From: an uncultured delta proteobacterium
Lineage (GTDB): Bacteria; Myxococcota; Myxococcia; Myxococcales; Myxococcaceae
Direction of reading: 5' to 3'
DNA length: 64,000 nucleotides
Assembly: GCA_963771175.1 (NCBI GenBank)
Contig: CAVYSY010000034.1
Coordinates: forward strand, 19,360-83,359
Positions within the stretch are counted from its first letter, which is position 1. The number at the start of each line of letters is the position of its first letter. The position numbers and the translations under genes were made by a program. Shown piece after piece: positions 60,600-64,000 of this stretch. The notes under the pieces are model-generated. The model saw only the letters and a program-made list of their open reading frames with translations, did not search any database and had not been told where the DNA came from.

Positions 60600-60745
60600 C
60601 GGAGGCTTCCGGTGAGAGCGCTCCAGCACGGTCGAGAGCGGTTTCCGTAGGGCTTCCGGCCGGTTACGCCGCCCCCTGCCCCGTGCCGGGCTGTGTTGAG
60701 GACGCTCCAGCGCGGGTCTGCTGTAGCAATGTAGCAAGGCACGTC

Positions 60746-60811
60746 GCGGCCCTCCTCGGCCCCTCAGCTCCAGCCCTCTCCCTCAACAGGGTCCCCATCC
60801 CCTCTATACGC
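60746..60811 (+). mobile_element. Solo IS91-like oriIS end
   Basis: Ungapped 66-bp homolog of 53027-53092, ending CTATACGC. Confidence 0.7.
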
Positions 60812-60950
60812 CGGGAGGGACAGATTCAGCATGCATCGACGGGGAGCTCACGTGACGGCCCGCGCAGGCGAAGGGAGGAGCTGGTCCGCTTCGGTCGCGA
60901 ACGCGCATCGTGAAGCACCACGAGCGCGTCGCACGCGGGGAGACACGACA

Positions 60951-61412
60951 TCAGAGCGTCCGGGTCATGCACACGCTGTTGGGGTCCTCGACATAGTGCG
61001 CGAACGGCAGGCAGGGAGCGAAGCCGAAGCGGGCGTAGAGCGCGCGGGCGGGCTCGAACGCGGCCATGGAGCCGGTCTCGAGGCTGAGTCGCTGGTATCC
61101 GCGACCGGTCGCCTCCTCGAGCACGTGGCGCAGCAGGGCCGCGGCGATCCCCCGACGCAGGTGGCCACGGGCGGTGCGCATGGACTTGAGCTCGCCGTGG
61201 CGCGGGTCGAGCTCCCGCAAGGCCGCGCAGCCCACCAACGTCTCCCCTTCCCAGGCGCCCCAGAAGGTGAGGTCCGGCTGTCGGAGGCCCTCGGGCTCCA
61301 GCGCGTGCACGCTCTCGGGCGGCGAGTGCCGTCGCATGTCCTCGAGGTGCTCGGTCAGCAGCGCGACCAGCTCGGGACTGATGGGATCGGGGCGGATCTC
61401 CAGCTTCGCCAT
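60951..61412 (-). CDS. GNAT N-acetyltransferase (YedL-like)
   Basis: SPPESVHAL, GELKSMRT, RRGIA..LL, LSLETGS, LYARFGF and DPNS. Confidence 0.9.
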   Translation of the reverse strand: MAKLEIRPDPISPELVALLTEHLEDMRRHSPPESVHALEPEGLRQPDLTFWGAWEGETLVGCAALRELDPRHGELKSMRTARGHLRRGIAAALLRHVLEEATGRGYQRLSLETGSMAAFEPARALYARFGFAPCLPFAHYVEDPNSVCMTRTL

Positions 61413-61513
61413 GGCCTCACTCACTCCGGGGCGGGCTCGAGCGAGCCACACCCCGACGCAGCCTGATTCGCGCCACCGCGCGAGAGGAGCCCAGTGCGCC
61501 GGGCGAGTCGAGC

Positions 61514-62176
61514 TCAGCCCTTCTTCTTCAAGGCCGCAAGCTCGCGAGAGGCCTGGGCGGCGCCGAGGTGCAGCTCGATGAGCTCGACCCCCTCCTCGAG
61601 GCTCAGCTTCTTGCCGTTCACGCGCAAGCCCGCCGAAGCGAGCACCAGCTTGCGGTCCTTGCCCTTGTCGGAGACCAGCACCTGGCAGGGAAGGAACCCG
61701 CGCTGCCGGGTGGCCTGGGGGAGCTTCGCATCCGCGTCCACGTGGAGATTGGTGTACGTGTGGGTCGCGTCGACCAGCTCGATGCCGTGGATCGCGCTGA
61801 GCGGAAACGGCGCCGAGAGGTTCGAGGCCAGCAGCTCGGTACGGGTCAGGGTCATGAGGATCTTGTTGCCGTCCTTGCGGTGCTGGAAGGCCACGATGGC
61901 GCCGAACACGCCGAGGGCGCCGAGACCGATGGGCGCGGCAGCCTTCACCTCGGGGTTGCCAGCAAGGGCCGCGGCGAGGCCCAGGCACACCACCGCGCCG
62001 AGGGCGGCCCCCACCAGTATCTTCTTGGTGTCGGTGAAGTCGCTGCGCGCAGGAGCGGCGTCGATGATCGCCTGAAGCTCGCGAATGGTCTCGGCGCGAT
62101 CGGACTGACTGGACTGGTGAAGCTCGTCGCTGAGGGACTGGGCAAGGCCCTGAGGGCGCTGGGTCGGCTGGGACAT
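61514..62176 (-). CDS. Hypothetical membrane protein (2 TM)
   Basis: Two hydrophobic segments. Lies downstream of the M48 gene in the same orientation. Confidence 0.65.
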   Translation of the reverse strand: MSQPTQRPQGLAQSLSDELHQSSQSDRAETIRELQAIIDAAPARSDFTDTKKILVGAALGAVVCLGLAAALAGNPEVKAAAPIGLGALGVFGAIVAFQHRKDGNKILMTLTRTELLASNLSAPFPLSAIHGIELVDATHTYTNLHVDADAKLPQATRQRGFLPCQVLVSDKGKDRKLVLASAGLRVNGKKLSLEEGVELIELHLGAAQASRELAALKKKG

Positions 62177-62209
62177 CTGGTGCTCCGGATGGGGGGAACG
62201 GCGAAGCGC

Positions 62210-63717
62210 TCAGGCGGCCCTGGATGGGCTGTCGAGCAGGGACTGGAACCACGAGGTATCGGACGCGCTGGGCCTTCGGACCGCGCGCTGGATCAGCACC
62301 GCGTCCAGAGGGACCGAGAGCGCCTCAATCCGCACGCGCGTCGGCGGGTGCGTGTCGATGGGGTGCGCGAGCGTGTGGTCGAGGATCTCCTCCGGCAGCT
62401 CGATCGGATGCACCTGGAGCGCCTCCACGAGCGCGTCGACGGCGTTGACGCCCGCCTCCAGCTGAGAGGCCTCGAGCGCCCGATCCACGTGCTCGGCGAG
62501 CGCGGTCACGCGAAGGAGCGCCGCGGCACAGGCCTCCGGGCCCTCCACGCGCGCGCCGATCGCATCGGCGCGCAGCTCGTGCTCGCGGCTGAAGTGGAAG
62601 TACGCGCGGTCCAACTGCTCGAGGAAGACGATCGAGGTCCACAGCGCAGGCAGGTTGAAGAGACTGGGCGCCTCTTCCTCCTGTGCGGCGAGGCGCTCGA
62701 TCCCCTGCTGCATGCGGCGATGGGTGACGGAGAGCTGCACGCCGCGCTCGGTGTCCTGCATCGCGAAGTGGCCAAGCTCGTGGCCCACGATCGAGGCGGC
62801 CTCGTCGCGGCTCAGGACGCGGAGGAACGTGAGAGGAAGGTACAGGGTGCGCCCGCTGAGTTCCTGCCGGCGGGGCAGCACGCACACCGGAGCGCTGGTG
62901 ACGAAGAAGCCCTGCGAGAGGCCCACCACGACGTGATCCGGCATCGGGGCGCCGACCCGCTCCGCGATCTGGCGCACCCACCTCCAGAGCCCCGGCGCGA
63001 CGTCGGCGGGAAGGACCCGTCCGAGCAGCTCCAGACTGAGCGGGGAAGCGGCCCGAGTGAGCGGGCCGAGCGCAGCATCAGCCGGCACGTGGCGATGATC
63101 GCGCCCCACAGCGGCAGCAGGAACACGAGCGGCACCCACCCCACCGAGGCGAAGTGGCTCCACGACCACGACACCTCGTAGAGACCCATGGCGACCATGG
63201 CCCCGAACATGAGCGCGACGTGCAGGAGCACCCCGCGCGAGACCGCTCTCCAACCCGGGCCCAGCGTTGCGAGCAGGGTCTCGAAGGAGGCCTGTGCGCG
63301 GCGGCTGTCACGGCGGATACGCAGCAGCAGTCCGCACCCCACCATGAACGCGGCCAGCGCCACCCCGAGGCCCAGCCACGCCAAGACCTCCCGCTCGGCC
63401 AGGCGCTCGTTGCCGGCGACGAGCTCCTGAAGCTTCTCGGTGTCGCGGGTGAGGCGGCCCTCGGCTCGGGGATCCGCGGCGACGCCCTCGGACTGCAGGC
63501 GCTCCTGAGCCTGCTGCGCGCGCAGCGTGAGCTCGCGCTGCTCGTCCCGGCTCACGTGCACGCGATAGAGCTGCAGCGTCGGCAGGAGCGTCAGCCCCAG
63601 GGGCAGCAGCAGCAGGAAGGCGAAGACCCTGAGTCGGGTGGTAGTCAATGAGGCGCGCGTCCGAAAGCGAGGCTGAGCGGCCGGAGAGGGCCGGGCGCGT
63701 GTCAAAGGGTGCGCCAT
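62210..63717 (-). pseudogene. M48 (HtpX-like) membrane metallopeptidase, frameshift near 63045
   Basis: The TM N-terminal half (from MAHPLT) and the catalytic half (GHELGHF, ELRADAIG, DTHPP...RI) are in different frames. Confidence 0.8.
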
Positions 63718-63855
63718 ATAGCCCGGAATCCGAGGAGCGCCAAGCCACGCTCGGATGCCGCCTGGTGCGCCGCCGCTCTGCGGTTCCCTTCGTTCGCGGT
63801 GACCTGCTTCCGGGAGGACTTCCACCTCCAAGCCGATGCCCATGCCGGGCGCACA

Positions 63856-63891
63856 AGAAAAAGGCCCCAGGTTCCAGAGAACCGGGGGCCC
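63856..63891 (-). terminator. Rho-independent terminator immediately 3' of the tmRNA-like fragment
   Basis: Minus strand GGCCCCCGGTTC-TCTG-GAACCTGGGGCC followed by TTTTTCTT. Confidence 0.8.
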
Positions 63892-63897
63892 TGAAGA

Positions 63898-63918
63898 GTG
63901 GAGGCGGCGGGAATCGAA
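63898..63918 (-). repeat. tmRNA (ssrA)-like 3' fragment, att copy 4
   Basis: GTGGAGGCGGCGGGAATCGAA. Identity to copy 1 ends at the T-loop boundary. Confidence 0.75.
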
Positions 63919-64000
63919 GCCGGGTCTCAACACCACGCGGGCTGCGCACGGGAGGAGGCCGTCCCGGGAGGCGAGAAAGACGGGGAGGGGAGGGGGCCGT

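Noticed and set aside
52231..63897. Integrase or prophage within the att-delimited segments
   Set aside because: No tyrosine or serine recombinase motifs or phage genes were recognisable.
52203..63918. Intact tRNA/tmRNA genes or a CRISPR array from the recurring 25-mer
   Set aside because: Only the T-arm and acceptor 3' strand are present, spacing is kilobases, and there are no cas genes.

Overview
High-GC accessory region. The gene families (Cys-rich myxobacterial repeats, STYK-AAA-GAF-HisK kinase, lipoprotein toxins) suggest a myxobacterium, which is an inference. Left to right: (1) two tandem teneurin-like NHL/YD lipoproteins (1-11917); (2) a frameshifted hybrid Ser/Thr-His kinase; (3) an FAAL-ACP-diiron-AcpS-thioesterase-hydrolase operon; (4) an M23 peptidase; (5) a PP-loop ATPase / ATP-grasp / class II GATase / Fe-2OG oxygenase / EamA / YbaK operon that looks like an amino-acid antimetabolite cluster with tRNA-editing self-protection; (6) a transglutaminase-like RHS with an ADP-ribosyl-cyclase-like tip, Imm74 and a mini-YD lipoprotein; (7) a TcdB/FG-GAP RHS, Lnt and a Cys-repeat surface lipoprotein; (8) from about 52.1 kb, four same-orientation copies of a tmRNA-like 3' end separating three small integrase-less cargo segments, two of which carry IS91-like ends near their left edge. 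The strongest candidates for undescribed biology are the att-delimited cassette array and the YbaK-containing biosynthetic operon. Family calls come from motif recognition by eye, not database searches. Several genes carry single-base frameshifts that may be decay or assembly errors.
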